From the NCBI GenBank assembly GCA_050309775.1, contig JBNRMV010000005.1, positions 5,460 through 69,459 of the forward strand: a stretch of DNA of 64,000 bases. Reading direction: 5' to 3'. The position numbers were made by a program, and so were the translations under genes. Of this stretch, positions 9,387 through 18,750 are shown one piece after another. Origin of the DNA: Christensenellales bacterium. Lineage in GTDB: Bacteria > Bacillota > Clostridia > Christensenellales > DTU072. Below the pieces are notes generated by a model. That model saw only the letters and a program-made list of their open reading frames with translations. It did no database searches and was not told where the DNA came from. How positions within the stretch are numbered: the first letter of the stretch is position 1; every line of letters begins with the position of its first letter.

Positions 9387-11018
9387 TTATTCCAGACTTA
9401 TGAGATAAAAGTAATGCGGCTGTCCGCCGGGCACTGCAATGATATCCTTGTCGGGATAAATGTTCATGAGTTCCTCTTGCAACGCCGCCGCCGATTCTTC
9501 GGAAGTGTCCTTGCCGTAATAAATCGTAATGGTGGAGTGCGCTTCCGTTATGGATGTGGCAATGGTCTGCTTTGCCACCTCGTTTATGTCGGAGCCTTGA
9601 GCTACAATGCCCTTTTCTAAACCTATTATGTCGCCGCTGTGCAAATCAAAGCCGTCCATCTCGGTGTCACGCACGGCGTGGGTAACCTGCAAACAAGTGA
9701 TAGAAAAGGCGGCTTTTTGCATGGCGCGCGTGTTCTCGTCAATGGAAAATTCAGCGTCAAAAGACATGGCTGCGGCTATGCCCATGGGCATATTTGATGT
9801 GGCAATAACTACCAGCGTATTGTCGGTAAGTTCCTTGGCTTGTTCGCATGCAAGAATTATGTTTTTGTTGTTGGGAAGAACAAAAACTGTATCCGCGGCT
9901 ACAGAATTGACTATTTTTACGATATCAGAAACACTGGGATTCATTGTTTGTCCGCCCTCAAGAACGGCGTCTGCTCCCAGCTCCGTGAACAATGTCCTGA
10001 AGCCCTCTCCACTGCCTATCGCCACCATGCCTTGGGGCTTGTTCTGGCGTGTTTCTCTGGCTTTCAGCAACGCTCTGTTCTGTTCAAACATGTTTTCAAT
10101 TTTTGGCTTATCCAACTCTCCCAGCTCCAGCGCATAAGTCAGCGCCTTGCCCGGCTCATTGGTATGAACATGTACCTTGACAAGCTGAAGGTCGCCTACG
10201 ACAATAACGCTGTCGCCTATGTCGCTGAGTTTGTCGCGCAGTTTGTCTATGTCCGCCGTGGTAATGCGGCTTTTCATGTTTATTACAAAGAACTCTGTGC
10301 AATAACCATACTTAATTTCTTCCAAATCGTGAATATCCGCCTCAAAAAAGACTTGTTTTGGGGTTTCGGATGCAGTTACGGTTTCTTCGGGAGCTTTTAT
10401 TTCAATGCCGGCAAGTTTGTAATACATTCCAGAAAGAATATAAAGCAAACCCTGTCCGCCTGCGTCTACTACGCCTGCTTTTTTAAGTACTGGCAGCATT
10501 TCGGGCGTTTCGGCAAGCACTTGTTCGCCTTTTTTTATTATTTTTTGGAAAAAATCTATAAAATCCGTATTTCGCGCGGCTATTTTTGTGGCATAGTCGC
10601 CTATCATTCTGATTACGGTAAGAATAGTGCCTTCTTTTGGGTGCGTGACTGCGTCATATGCTTTGTTGGCGCCGTTTTCGAGCGCTTTTGCAAAGGTTTT
10701 TGTGTTTATGACTTTTGATTGAGCGACAATTTCGGCTATACCCTTAAAAATCTGGGAAAGAATTACGCCGCTGTTGCCTCTTGCGCCTTTTAGCGCTCCT
10801 TTTGAAAAGGCTTTTATTATGTCAGCTGTGTTGTCGGAAGTCTCAAACTCCGTTTCTTTTACTGTCGACGCCATCGTCAAGCTCATGTTTGTGCCGGTGT
10901 CGCCATCAGGGACGGGAAAGACATTTAGGCTGTCGACATAGGCTTTGTTGATATCAAGATTCTGCTTTGCGCCTGTTATTATCTCCCGAAGGAGTTTGTT
11001 GTCTATATTTGTTATCAT
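9387..11018 (-). CDS. fakA: DAK2-domain fatty acid kinase subunit A (YloV/FakA family)
   Basis: LNVFPVPDGDTGTNM, GARGNSGVILSQ, VVDAGGQG, YGYCTEF, GGQTMNPS; conserved asp23-fakA-recG order. Confidence 0.9.
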   Translation of the reverse strand: MITNIDNKLLREIITGAKQNLDINKAYVDSLNVFPVPDGDTGTNMSLTMASTVKETEFETSDNTADIIKAFSKGALKGARGNSGVILSQIFKGIAEIVAQSKVINTKTFAKALENGANKAYDAVTHPKEGTILTVIRMIGDYATKIAARNTDFIDFFQKIIKKGEQVLAETPEMLPVLKKAGVVDAGGQGLLYILSGMYYKLAGIEIKAPEETVTASETPKQVFFEADIHDLEEIKYGYCTEFFVINMKSRITTADIDKLRDKLSDIGDSVIVVGDLQLVKVHVHTNEPGKALTYALELGELDKPKIENMFEQNRALLKARETRQNKPQGMVAIGSGEGFRTLFTELGADAVLEGGQTMNPSVSDIVKIVNSVAADTVFVLPNNKNIILACEQAKELTDNTLVVIATSNMPMGIAAAMSFDAEFSIDENTRAMQKAAFSITCLQVTHAVRDTEMDGFDLHSGDIIGLEKGIVAQGSDINEVAKQTIATSITEAHSTITIYYGKDTSEESAAALQEELMNIYPDKDIIAVPGGQPHYFYLISLE

Positions 11019-11060
11019 TATTTCCTCACATATTGTTGTGAGACTGACGGCTCTACCCTA

Positions 11061-11411
11061 TTACAACTTTACGCCCAACACATGGACATTTACTTCCTTG
11101 ACGCGCATTCCGGTGAAATGCTCAACATGGTATTTCACCGTGGAAATAAGGGAGCTTACAACAGCCTCTTTGTTCAAATCAGCCTTTAACAAAATGTATA
11201 AATCAATATAAATTCTGTTGTCGATGGTAACTAATTTCACACCTTTAGTGACTGATTCTTTTTTGAAAATAGAAAGGATACTGTCAGACAATCTTCTGCT
11301 GACAAGGTCGGCTACTCCGTAGCACTCCCGCGCCACACGGCTGACAACGATAGCTACCGCTTCATCAGAAATGGTAATATCGCCGTATATATTAGAAGTT
11401 TTGAGCGCCAT
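11061..11411 (-). CDS. Asp23/Gls24 family protein (YloU-like)
   Basis: YGDITISDEAVAIVV...ECYGVA...VKYHVEHFTGM; lies between rpmB and fakA as in other Firmicutes. Confidence 0.88.
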   Translation of the reverse strand: MALKTSNIYGDITISDEAVAIVVSRVARECYGVADLVSRRLSDSILSIFKKESVTKGVKLVTIDNRIYIDLYILLKADLNKEAVVSSLISTVKYHVEHFTGMRVKEVNVHVLGVKL

Positions 11412-11451
11412 ATGACAATCCTTAATTTTTTTATCAAAGTTTTACTATTAT

Positions 11452-11480
11452 ATAATAGTATACTATGAAAATATTTGCAA
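11452..11480 (-). promoter_or_regulatory. SigA-type promoter for asp23-fakA-recG
   Basis: TTGCAA-17 nt-TATTAT on the minus strand. Confidence 0.5.
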
Positions 11481-11507
11481 GTAAATTGAAAAATTAACTT
11501 AAAACTG

Positions 11508-11536
11508 TTGCCAAAAACCTCTTTACATTGTATAAT
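11508..11536 (+). promoter_or_regulatory. SigA-type promoter for rpmB
   Basis: TTGCCA-17 nt-TATAAT, followed by SD AGGAGG. Confidence 0.75.
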
Positions 11537-11566
11537 TACAAAGTCTAAAAGTAGGAGGTAAACAAA

Positions 11567-11761
11567 ATGTCAAGAGTATGCAGCGTTTGCGGCAAAGGCT
11601 CGATGAGCGGCAACAAAGTCAGCCACAGCAACAGAAAAACCAGAAGGACCTGGGGCGCCAACATTCACAAAACCAGTATTACCGACGCCAAAGGCGTAGT
11701 CACGAACGGCTACATCTGCACGCGTTGCTTGCGCACCCAAAAAAAGGAAGCCAGAGCATAA
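11567..11761 (+). CDS. rpmB: 50S ribosomal protein L28 (Zn-binding CxxC form)
   Basis: MSRVCSVCGK...GNKVSHSNRKTRRTWGANI...ICTRCLR. Confidence 0.97.
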   Translation: MSRVCSVCGKGSMSGNKVSHSNRKTRRTWGANIHKTSITDAKGVVTNGYICTRCLRTQKKEARA

Positions 11762-11799
11762 CTTTTTATGGTAAGCAATAAAAATAACTGTTAAACTGC

Positions 11800-11827
11800 A
11801 AAAAACCGTACAAATGTACGGTTTTTT
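11800..11827 (+). terminator. Intrinsic terminator after rpmB (bidirectional shape)
   Basis: AAAAAACCGTAC-AAAT-GTACGGTTTTTT perfect inverted repeat with A/T flanks. Confidence 0.85.
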
Positions 11828-11922
11828 AGTTTTTGCGTATAAATGCCTCGACTTCCCTATCCTTGAAAAAATGCTGCTTGAAAACTTGTCAAGCGACACA
11901 AAATACCATCGCAGGTGCCAAT

Positions 11923-11944
11923 AAGGCTGTCAACTGACAGCCTT
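11923..11944 (-). terminator. Hairpin terminator after iscU
   Basis: AAGGCTGTC-AACT-GACAGCCTT perfect stem 6 nt after the iscU stop; the U-tract is weak on the minus strand. Confidence 0.7.
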
Positions 11945-11950
11945 TATTTT

Positions 11951-12319
11951 TTATTTTTTCTTTGAGCGATAATCCTCTATTGCCGCGGCAATCGCCTCTT
12001 CGGCAAGCACGGAGCAATGGATTTTTTGCGGGGGCAGTCCTTCAAGTTTTTCGACGACATCGGCATTTTTTATTGCCAAAGCCTCTTCAATCGTCAGCCC
12101 CTTTATCATTTCGGTGGCCGTTGATGATGATGCAATGGCAGCGGCGCAGCCGAATGTCTTAAATTTTGCGTCAACGATGACATCGTTTTCTATCTTTAAG
12201 TAAACTTTCATTATGTCGCCGCAGCTGGCATTGCCAACGGTTCCCACGCCGTCTGCATCGGGGATTTCGCCTACATTTTTTGGGTTGGCAAAGGTTTCAA
12301 GCACCTTGTTGCTATACAT
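11951..12319 (-). CDS. iscU: Fe-S cluster scaffold IscU/NifU-N
   Basis: GNASCGD, FGCAAAIAS, KIHCS. Start reassigned to ATG 12319 (MYSNKV), which has SD GGAG and overlaps the iscS stop. Confidence 0.93.
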   Translation of the reverse strand: MYSNKVLETFANPKNVGEIPDADGVGTVGNASCGDIMKVYLKIENDVIVDAKFKTFGCAAAIASSSTATEMIKGLTIEEALAIKNADVVEKLEGLPPQKIHCSVLAEEAIAAAIEDYRSKKK

Positions 12320-13499
12320 ATTGTCCTTCTCCTTTTTCGACATTGAATAGCGGAGACCAGCTTCGCAGCGTATCCACCGTTTCTTTCAGGGTCTGTATCG
12401 TAAAATCTATTTCTTCTTTGGTTGTGTCCTTGCCAAGGCTGAAGCGTATTGAGCTGTGCGCCTGTTCTATCGGACAGCCGATTGCAAGCATAACATGCGA
12501 GGGTTCCAAAGAGCCTGACGAACAAGCCGAACCGCTGCTCACGGCAATACCTTTCAAATCTAGCTGCATGAGTATGGATTCGCCCTCAATGAAATCAAAA
12601 CTGAAATTTGCATTGCTGACAAGCCGCTTTTCTCTGCCGCCGTTCAAGTGGCAAAATTCCATCTTTTCTTCAACGCTCTTTATGAAATAATCCCGCAACT
12701 CTCTTATGCGCTCATTGGTGGCATCCATTTCCGCAACAGTCAACTCCAGCGCCTTTGCCATGCCGACTATGCCGGGGGTGTTTGTGGTGCCGGCTCTGGC
12801 GCTCTTTTCTTGATGTCCGCCGACGATAAGTTTTGAAATCCTGACGCCGTTGCGGATATAAAGCAGTCCAATGCCCTTGGGTCCATGGAACTTGTGCGCC
12901 GACAGCGACAGCATGTCAACATTCAGCGCATTTACATCAATTTTTATGCTTGATGCCGCTTGTACGGCATCGGTATGGAACAATATGCCCTCTTCTTTGG
13001 CAAAAGCGCCTATCTCGGCTATCGGCTGAATGGAGCCAATCTCGTTGTTGGCAAACATAATCGAAATGAGTATGGTGTCATCTCTGACGGCTTGTTTCAG
13101 CTTTTCAACAGAAACCAGCCCGTCGCTGTCAACTTCCAGATATGTCACCTCAAAGCCCTGTTTCTCCAGTTCCTTGCAGGTCTCAATCATAGCCGGGTGC
13201 TCAATAGCTGTGGTTATGATATGCTTTCCCTGGCGCTGAAGCGCATTTGCCGCGCCCTTAATCGCCCAGTTGTCGCTTTCGGTGCCGCCCGATGTGAAAT
13301 AAATCTCATTGGACTTTGCTCCCAAAAGCGTAGCTATCGCCGCTCTTGCTTCATCGACGGCTTTTATTGCCTGCCTGCCGAAAAAATGCAGCGATGAGGC
13401 GTTGCCGTATATATCTGTCAAGTACGGCATCATGGCGTCCAGCACTCTGCTGTCAAGTTTGGTTGTAGCGGCATTGTCTAAATATACTTTCATTTTCAC
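12312..13499 (-). CDS. iscS: Cysteine desulfurase IscS/NifS
   Basis: [28 protein letters not shown] (PLP Lys), [10 protein letters not shown] (catalytic Cys). Confidence 0.95.
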   Translation of the reverse strand: MKMKVYLDNAATTKLDSRVLDAMMPYLTDIYGNASSLHFFGRQAIKAVDEARAAIATLLGAKSNEIYFTSGGTESDNWAIKGAANALQRQGKHIITTAIEHPAMIETCKELEKQGFEVTYLEVDSDGLVSVEKLKQAVRDDTILISIMFANNEIGSIQPIAEIGAFAKEEGILFHTDAVQAASSIKIDVNALNVDMLSLSAHKFHGPKGIGLLYIRNGVRISKLIVGGHQEKSARAGTTNTPGIVGMAKALELTVAEMDATNERIRELRDYFIKSVEEKMEFCHLNGGREKRLVSNANFSFDFIEGESILMQLDLKGIAVSSGSACSSGSLEPSHVMLAIGCPIEQAHSSIRFSLGKDTTKEEIDFTIQTLKETVDTLRSWSPLFNVEKGEGQYV

Positions 13500-14746
13500 A
13501 AATCGAACTTTCCTTTGTATAGGGGGAATTTTTCCGTAAGTTGTTTTATTTGCGCGCGTACATTTTCTTTTACGCTTTCTTTATATTTTATGGTGTCGGC
13601 TATGCATTTTGCGATAACAACCATTTCGGGTTCTTTCATGCCTCTTGTGGTAACGCTGGGGGTACCTACGCGCAGTCCGTTGGGGTCGAACGGGTTGGCA
13701 TTGTCAAAAGGAATGGAATTCTTGTTGGTGGTGATATTTACATCGTCCAGCAACACTTCAAGTTCCTTGCCTGTGCAGCTTGTTCCGCGCAAATCCAAAA
13801 GCATCAGATGGTTGTCGGTGCCGTTTGAGAACAGCTTTATGCCTTCAGCCATAAGAGTATCCGCCATTGTTTTTGCGTTTTTGACAATTTGCTTTTGGTA
13901 TTCTTTGAACTCCTCGCTCAAAGCCTCTTTGAAAGCAATGGCCTTTGCCGCAATAATATGCATCAGCGGTCCGCCCTGCGTCCCGGGAAAAACTGCTTTG
14001 TTTATGGCTTTTGCAAATTCTTCCTTGCAGATTATCATTCCGCCTCTCGGCCCTCTAAGGGTCTTATGCGTTGTTGTCGTGACAACATCAGCATAAGGAA
14101 CGGGGTTTTGGTGCAGCCCTGCCGCAACCAGTCCGGCAATATGCGCCATATCCACCATTAAGTACGCTCCGACTTCGTCGGCTATTTCTCTGAACTTCTT
14201 GAAATCGATAGCTCTGGGGTATGCGCTGGCACCTCCCACAATGAGTTTTGGCCGGCATTCAAGCGCAATGCGCCTTACTTCGTCATAATCGATGAATCCG
14301 TCCTCGGCCACACCGTAAGAAACAGCATTGAAATAATTTCCGCTCATGCTGACCTTGCTGCCGTGTGTGAGGTGTCCGCCATGGTTCAAATCCATGCCCA
14401 ACAGCGTGTCGCCGGGTTTCAACAGCGCATAATATACTTGCATATTGGCGCTGCTGCCGCAATGGGGCTGAACATTGACATGCTCGCCGCCAAAAAGTTG
14501 TTTTGCTCTCTCTATCGCCAAATTCTCTGCCAAATCAACAAATTGGCAGCCGCCGTAATATCTTTTACCGGGATATCCCTCGGCATATTTGTTCGTCAGG
14601 TGTGAGCCTGCCACCGTCATGACTTCGGGTGAAACAAAGTTTTCGCTGGCAATGAGCTCTATGTTGTTCTCTTGTCTGTTCAGCTCTTTTATCAGCGCAT
14701 CGTAAATCTCAGGGTCTTGCTGCTTAATGGGTCGAAAATCTATCAT
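13496..14746 (-). CDS. glyA: Serine hydroxymethyltransferase
   Basis: [36 protein letters not shown]. Confidence 0.97.
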   Translation of the reverse strand: MIDFRPIKQQDPEIYDALIKELNRQENNIELIASENFVSPEVMTVAGSHLTNKYAEGYPGKRYYGGCQFVDLAENLAIERAKQLFGGEHVNVQPHCGSSANMQVYYALLKPGDTLLGMDLNHGGHLTHGSKVSMSGNYFNAVSYGVAEDGFIDYDEVRRIALECRPKLIVGGASAYPRAIDFKKFREIADEVGAYLMVDMAHIAGLVAAGLHQNPVPYADVVTTTTHKTLRGPRGGMIICKEEFAKAINKAVFPGTQGGPLMHIIAAKAIAFKEALSEEFKEYQKQIVKNAKTMADTLMAEGIKLFSNGTDNHLMLLDLRGTSCTGKELEVLLDDVNITTNKNSIPFDNANPFDPNGLRVGTPSVTTRGMKEPEMVVIAKCIADTIKYKESVKENVRAQIKQLTEKFPLYKGKFDL

Positions 14747-14776
14747 AATTACCTCTTAAATCTTAGTATACCTTCT

Positions 14777-14804
14777 ATTATAGCCATCACAAAAAAAATA
14801 TCAA
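14777..14804 (-). promoter_or_regulatory. SigA-type promoter for glyA-iscS-iscU
   Basis: TTGATA-16 nt-TATAAT, about 30 nt upstream of the glyA ATG. Confidence 0.6.
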
Positions 14805-14881
14805 CGAAACAGGCATGCTTTTCTTCTTGCATACCGATTTTTTTACCATTTAAGCAGATAGACCAAGAGAATTATGTTTTG

Positions 14882-15202
14882 TTACAGGTATTTCTTTATC
14901 ATAGAAGATATTACATTCTGCTGTCTGAATCCCGACACCTTCTCCATTTGTTGACCGTTTTTGAATATTATCAGCGTAGGAATGGACATAATGCCGAACT
15001 GTCTGGCAAGCGATTCCTGCTCGTCAACATTTATTTTGCCAACCTTTGCCTTACCGGCAAACTCGGCTCCTACGGCGTCAAGCACCGGCGCAAGCATCTT
15101 GCACGGTCCGCACCAGTCAGCCCAAAAATCCACCAGCGTAACTCCGTTTGCAATAGTTGACGCAAAGTTTTCCGTAGTAATTTTCAATACATTTTCTGCC
15201 AT
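14882..15202 (-). CDS. trxA: Thioredoxin
   Basis: DFWADWCGPCKM active site; IMSIPTL cis-Pro loop. Confidence 0.97.
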   Translation of the reverse strand: MAENVLKITTENFASTIANGVTLVDFWADWCGPCKMLAPVLDAVGAEFAGKAKVGKINVDEQESLARQFGIMSIPTLIIFKNGQQMEKVSGFRQQNVISSMIKKYL

Positions 15203-15203
15203 T

Positions 15204-15614
15204 TTATTCGTCCTCCTGTATTATTTCCACCATTTTTGGCGTATAATTCTTTTTATTTTTCAACCATTTGTCCAGAAAAGCCATAGCTATAAAACTAACG
15301 GCAAGCACTGCCATTGATATGCCAAAACTAAGCATTTCATCCAGTTTTCTTGTAAAAAACAGCGCAGCCGCCACCAGCAATATTGGCACACCGTAGACAA
15401 TAAACGATGCCGTAAGCACAACTTGATTGCCCATGCTGACGCTGACTTTGTCGCCGACCTTGGCTGACAGCGTGTTTTTTATGACAATACGCACATACAT
15501 TTCGTTGCGCGGTTTGAAACACATGTGACAATTTTCGCAGGCGGTTTTTCTGGGGAATTGTATCGTCGCCCTATTTCTTGCGTCCACCTTGCTGACAGTG
15601 CCGACCTCTATCAT
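15204..15614 (-). CDS. RseC/MucC-family membrane protein
   Basis: N-terminal beta domain with RKTACENCHMC, 'AKVGDKVSV', then 'YGVPILL' and two hydrophobic helices, the usual RseC layout. Confidence 0.75.
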   Translation of the reverse strand: MIEVGTVSKVDARNRATIQFPRKTACENCHMCFKPRNEMYVRIVIKNTLSAKVGDKVSVSMGNQVVLTASFIVYGVPILLVAAALFFTRKLDEMLSFGISMAVLAVSFIAMAFLDKWLKNKKNYTPKMVEIIQEDE

Positions 15615-16876
15615 TTTTTTGCTTTCTCCGCTAAAATCTCCGCCAGGCGCGCAAGCTCTATTTCCTTGCTGCCGTCCTTGTCAAACATATCTTTCAATAC
15701 GGCTCTGCCCTCTTTTGTTTCGTTCTCTCCCAATACTATCAAGAACGGATAGCCTATCTTGTCGGCATATTTCATCTGCGCCTTCAGACTTCTGTCCATA
15801 TAATCCGTGTCGGCGCTTATGCCGCTCTTGCGCAGATTATGTACGATGCGAAAAGCCTCTGCATACTGCTCGGCTCCTATCGGGGCAATGTACACAAGGG
15901 GTATGTCGTCCTTTCCAAAGGACAATCCGCAGTTTTCCATGACCATTATCAGCCTTTCGATGCCCATACCAAACCCTATTGCCGGAGTGCTTTTGCCGCC
16001 AACCTCTTCCACAAGGTTGTTGTATCTGCCGCCGCCGCAAACCGTACCTTGCGCCCCGATGTTGTTTGAAATGAACTCAAACACCGTGCCTGTATAATAG
16101 TCCAGTCCGCGCACAATGTACGGATTTATGCTATATTCTATTCCCAAATATGTCAGCAGCTTTTTTACTTCTTCATGCTGATTTTTGCAGTCATCACATA
16201 AATAATCCAACATAACGGGAGCATTTTGGTTGAGCTGCGTACATTTCGGCTCTTTGCAATCCAACACACGCAAGGGGTTTTTTTCCATTCTTTCCACGCA
16301 TGTGGGACAATATGCCTTGTCGTTTTCTGAAAAATACTTCCGCAATACCGCATTGTATTCCGCACGGCATTTTGGGCAGCCTATGCTGTTTATGTTGAGC
16401 CTAAGATTGCTTATGCACAATTTGTCAAAAAGCGCAGCGGCTATCGTCATGACCTCGACATCGACCAAAGGCGAATTGCTGCCATAGTATTCGACGCCAA
16501 ATTGATGGTGCTCTCGCAGTCTGCCCGACTGCGGTCTTTCGTAGCGGAAAACAGGCGTCAGATAAAACATCTTTATCGGCTGGGGAAAATTGCCCAAACC
16601 GTTTTCGATAAAACTCCTTGCCACTCCGGCTGTGCCTTCGGGCTTCAGCGTAATGCTCCTGCCGCCCTTGTCAAGGAATGTATACATTTCTTTGTTGACA
16701 ATGTCCGTCGTGTCGCCTACTCCCCGTACAAAAAGTTCCGTCGCCTCGAAAGTCGGAGTGCGGATTTCTTTTATGCCAAAGTCTTTGGCGATACCTCTAA
16801 TCTTTTCTTCAATATATCGCCATTTATAACTTTCAAAAGGCAGAACATCTTTCGTGCCTTTCTGAATTTGTATCAT
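15611..16876 (-). CDS. hisS: Histidine--tRNA ligase
   Basis: KEMYTF, LKPEGTAGVAR, RYERPQSGRLREHHQFGVE, VRGLDYY, GGGRYN, GFGMGIERL, anticodon-binding domain. Confidence 0.97.
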   Translation of the reverse strand: MIQIQKGTKDVLPFESYKWRYIEEKIRGIAKDFGIKEIRTPTFEATELFVRGVGDTTDIVNKEMYTFLDKGGRSITLKPEGTAGVARSFIENGLGNFPQPIKMFYLTPVFRYERPQSGRLREHHQFGVEYYGSNSPLVDVEVMTIAAALFDKLCISNLRLNINSIGCPKCRAEYNAVLRKYFSENDKAYCPTCVERMEKNPLRVLDCKEPKCTQLNQNAPVMLDYLCDDCKNQHEEVKKLLTYLGIEYSINPYIVRGLDYYTGTVFEFISNNIGAQGTVCGGGRYNNLVEEVGGKSTPAIGFGMGIERLIMVMENCGLSFGKDDIPLVYIAPIGAEQYAEAFRIVHNLRKSGISADTDYMDRSLKAQMKYADKIGYPFLIVLGENETKEGRAVLKDMFDKDGSKEIELARLAEILAEKAKK

Positions 16877-16889
16877 CTGCCACCTTTTC

Positions 16890-18206
16890 TTATAATATAT
16901 ATTTTTTCAAATTCATAGTGCGCAGCGCCTTCTCCAGCTTTGTCTGCACATATTCTTTGTCAACGACAAGTTCAACTTCCTTTGTGCCGTCAGCTTCAAA
17001 GGAGGCTTCTTCAAGCAGCATCTCCATGACGCTATGCAATCTTCTGGCGCCGATGTTCTCGTTGTTTTCGTTCTCCATGAAAGCAATCTTTGCCATCTCC
17101 CGTATGGCTTCTTCGGTAAACTTCAGATTTACGGAATCAACGCCCAAGAGTTCGGAATACTGCATAATAATTGCATTGTCAGGTTCTTTCAATATCTTGA
17201 AAAAGTCATCTTCGCTGAGGCTGTTCAAGGATACCGTAACGGGGAATCTGCCTTGCAGTTCGGGAATCAAGTCGTTTACTTTGGCGGTATGGAAGGCGCC
17301 TGCGGCAATAAAGAGAATGAAATCAGTCTTTATGTTGCCGTACTTTGTAGATATGGTGCTGCCCTCGACTATCGGCAAAATATCTCTCTGCACGCCCTCT
17401 CTGGATACATCGGGACCGTGGGATTTGCCTCTGGAAGCAATCTTGTCTATTTCGTCAATAAAAATGATGCCGTCCTGCTCCGCTCTGCGCAAAGCCTCGG
17501 TCTGGATACTGTCTTTATCTATGAGTTTGTTCGATTCTTCGGCTATAAATATCTTCAGCGCCTCCGCTACATTTATTTTGCGCTTTTTTCTGCGCTTGGG
17601 CAATAGGCTGCCAAAAATGTCGCCAATGTTGTTGTCGGGCGCTCCGCCGCCGCTTATAGGTCCGATTTGCAATGTTTTTGGCGCTTCCTCAACCTCAATT
17701 TCTACGGGTATCTTGTCCAAATTGCCCTTTCGCAAGTCCTCAAGCAATTGCGCCTTTACGACCTCGTCCGGGGTTTCGGGATTGGCTTTTTTTCTGATAG
17801 GATAAAGCGCCCCTACTATTTTGTTCTCGGCGGCTTCTCTGGCTTTCGGTTCGACTTCCTCGAATTTTTCTTCCCGGACAAGCCTAATTGCCACTTCTAC
17901 CAAATCTCTTATCATAGACTCAACATCTCTGCCGACATAACCCACTTCAGTAAACTTTGTCGCCTCTACTTTAATAAAGGGCGCCTTGACCAGCTTTGCC
18001 AGTCTGCGCGCAATTTCGGTTTTACCTACGCCCGTCGGACCTTTCATAATGATATTCTTCGGGGTTATTTCTTCGCTGACCTGCGCCGGCAGGCGGCTTC
18101 TGCGATAACGGTTGCGCAAAGCCACCGCCACAGCTTTTTTGGCTTCGTCCTGTCCTATTATATATCTGTCAAGTTCTGTTACTATTTGTTTCGGTGTAAG
18201 CTCCAT
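16890..18206 (-). CDS. hslU: ATP-dependent protease ATPase subunit HslU (ClpY)
   Basis: GPTGVGKTEIARRLA, KVEATKFTEVGYVGRDVESM, DEIDK, GVQRDILP, ELQGRFP. Confidence 0.97.
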   Translation of the reverse strand: MELTPKQIVTELDRYIIGQDEAKKAVAVALRNRYRRSRLPAQVSEEITPKNIIMKGPTGVGKTEIARRLAKLVKAPFIKVEATKFTEVGYVGRDVESMIRDLVEVAIRLVREEKFEEVEPKAREAAENKIVGALYPIRKKANPETPDEVVKAQLLEDLRKGNLDKIPVEIEVEEAPKTLQIGPISGGGAPDNNIGDIFGSLLPKRRKKRKINVAEALKIFIAEESNKLIDKDSIQTEALRRAEQDGIIFIDEIDKIASRGKSHGPDVSREGVQRDILPIVEGSTISTKYGNIKTDFILFIAAGAFHTAKVNDLIPELQGRFPVTVSLNSLSEDDFFKILKEPDNAIIMQYSELLGVDSVNLKFTEEAIREMAKIAFMENENNENIGARRLHSVMEMLLEEASFEADGTKEVELVVDKEYVQTKLEKALRTMNLKKYIL

Positions 18207-18215
18207 GTTCTCCTC

Positions 18216-18746
18216 CTATACAGTTTCTACCACAAAATTATTGTTTGTGAATACGCAAAGTTCGGCGGCAATCTCCATGCTGCGCAAAGCTATTTCTTTA
18301 GCCGAAAGTTCGGTATTTGCAAGCAAGGCGCGCGCTGCCGACAAAGCAAAGTTGCCTCCGCTGCCTATGGCGCAGGCGCCGCCCTCAGGGTCGATGACAT
18401 TGCCGTCGCCGCTGACTATAAGCATGTTGTCCTTGTCCGCTACTATAAGCAAGGCTTCAAGATTTCTGAAAGTTTCGCCCTTTCTCCATGTTTCGGCAAG
18501 CTCAACTGCGCTGCGCATAAGATTTCCTGAATACTTTTGAAGCATTTCTTCAAATCTTTCCGACAGGCTGAAAGCGTCGCTTACAGAACCTGCAAAACCC
18601 ACTACGACCTTGTTATCGTAGATGCGGTTTACTTTTTTTGCATTGCCTTTCAAGATTGTGTTTTGACCCATGGTGACTTGTCCGTCACCGGCTATTGCTG
18701 TCACGCCGTCTCTTTTTACGGCGCATATTGTAGTTCCTTTTAGCAT
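18216..18746 (-). CDS. hslV: ATP-dependent protease peptidase subunit HslV (ClpQ)
   Basis: GTTICAV, AGDGQVT, GFAGSVSDA, IGSGGNFA. Confidence 0.97.
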   Translation of the reverse strand: MLKGTTICAVKRDGVTAIAGDGQVTMGQNTILKGNAKKVNRIYDNKVVVGFAGSVSDAFSLSERFEEMLQKYSGNLMRSAVELAETWRKGETFRNLEALLIVADKDNMLIVSGDGNVIDPEGGACAIGSGGNFALSAARALLANTELSAKEIALRSMEIAAELCVFTNNNFVVETV

Positions 18747-18750
18747 TTTT

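Noticed and set aside
11828-11922. 95-nt spacer between two terminators ending in ...GCAGGTGCCA, with CTTGAAAA twice; considered as a tRNA remnant, att site or small RNA
   Set aside because: No T-loop (GTTCGA), no cloverleaf, no properly spaced promoter on either strand and no integrase nearby.
14747-14881. ZTP (pfl) or glycine riboswitch upstream of glyA
   Set aside because: The promoter is only about 30 nt from the ATG. The one hairpin (14812-14835) is weak and lies upstream of the promoter, so it is at most a trxA terminator.
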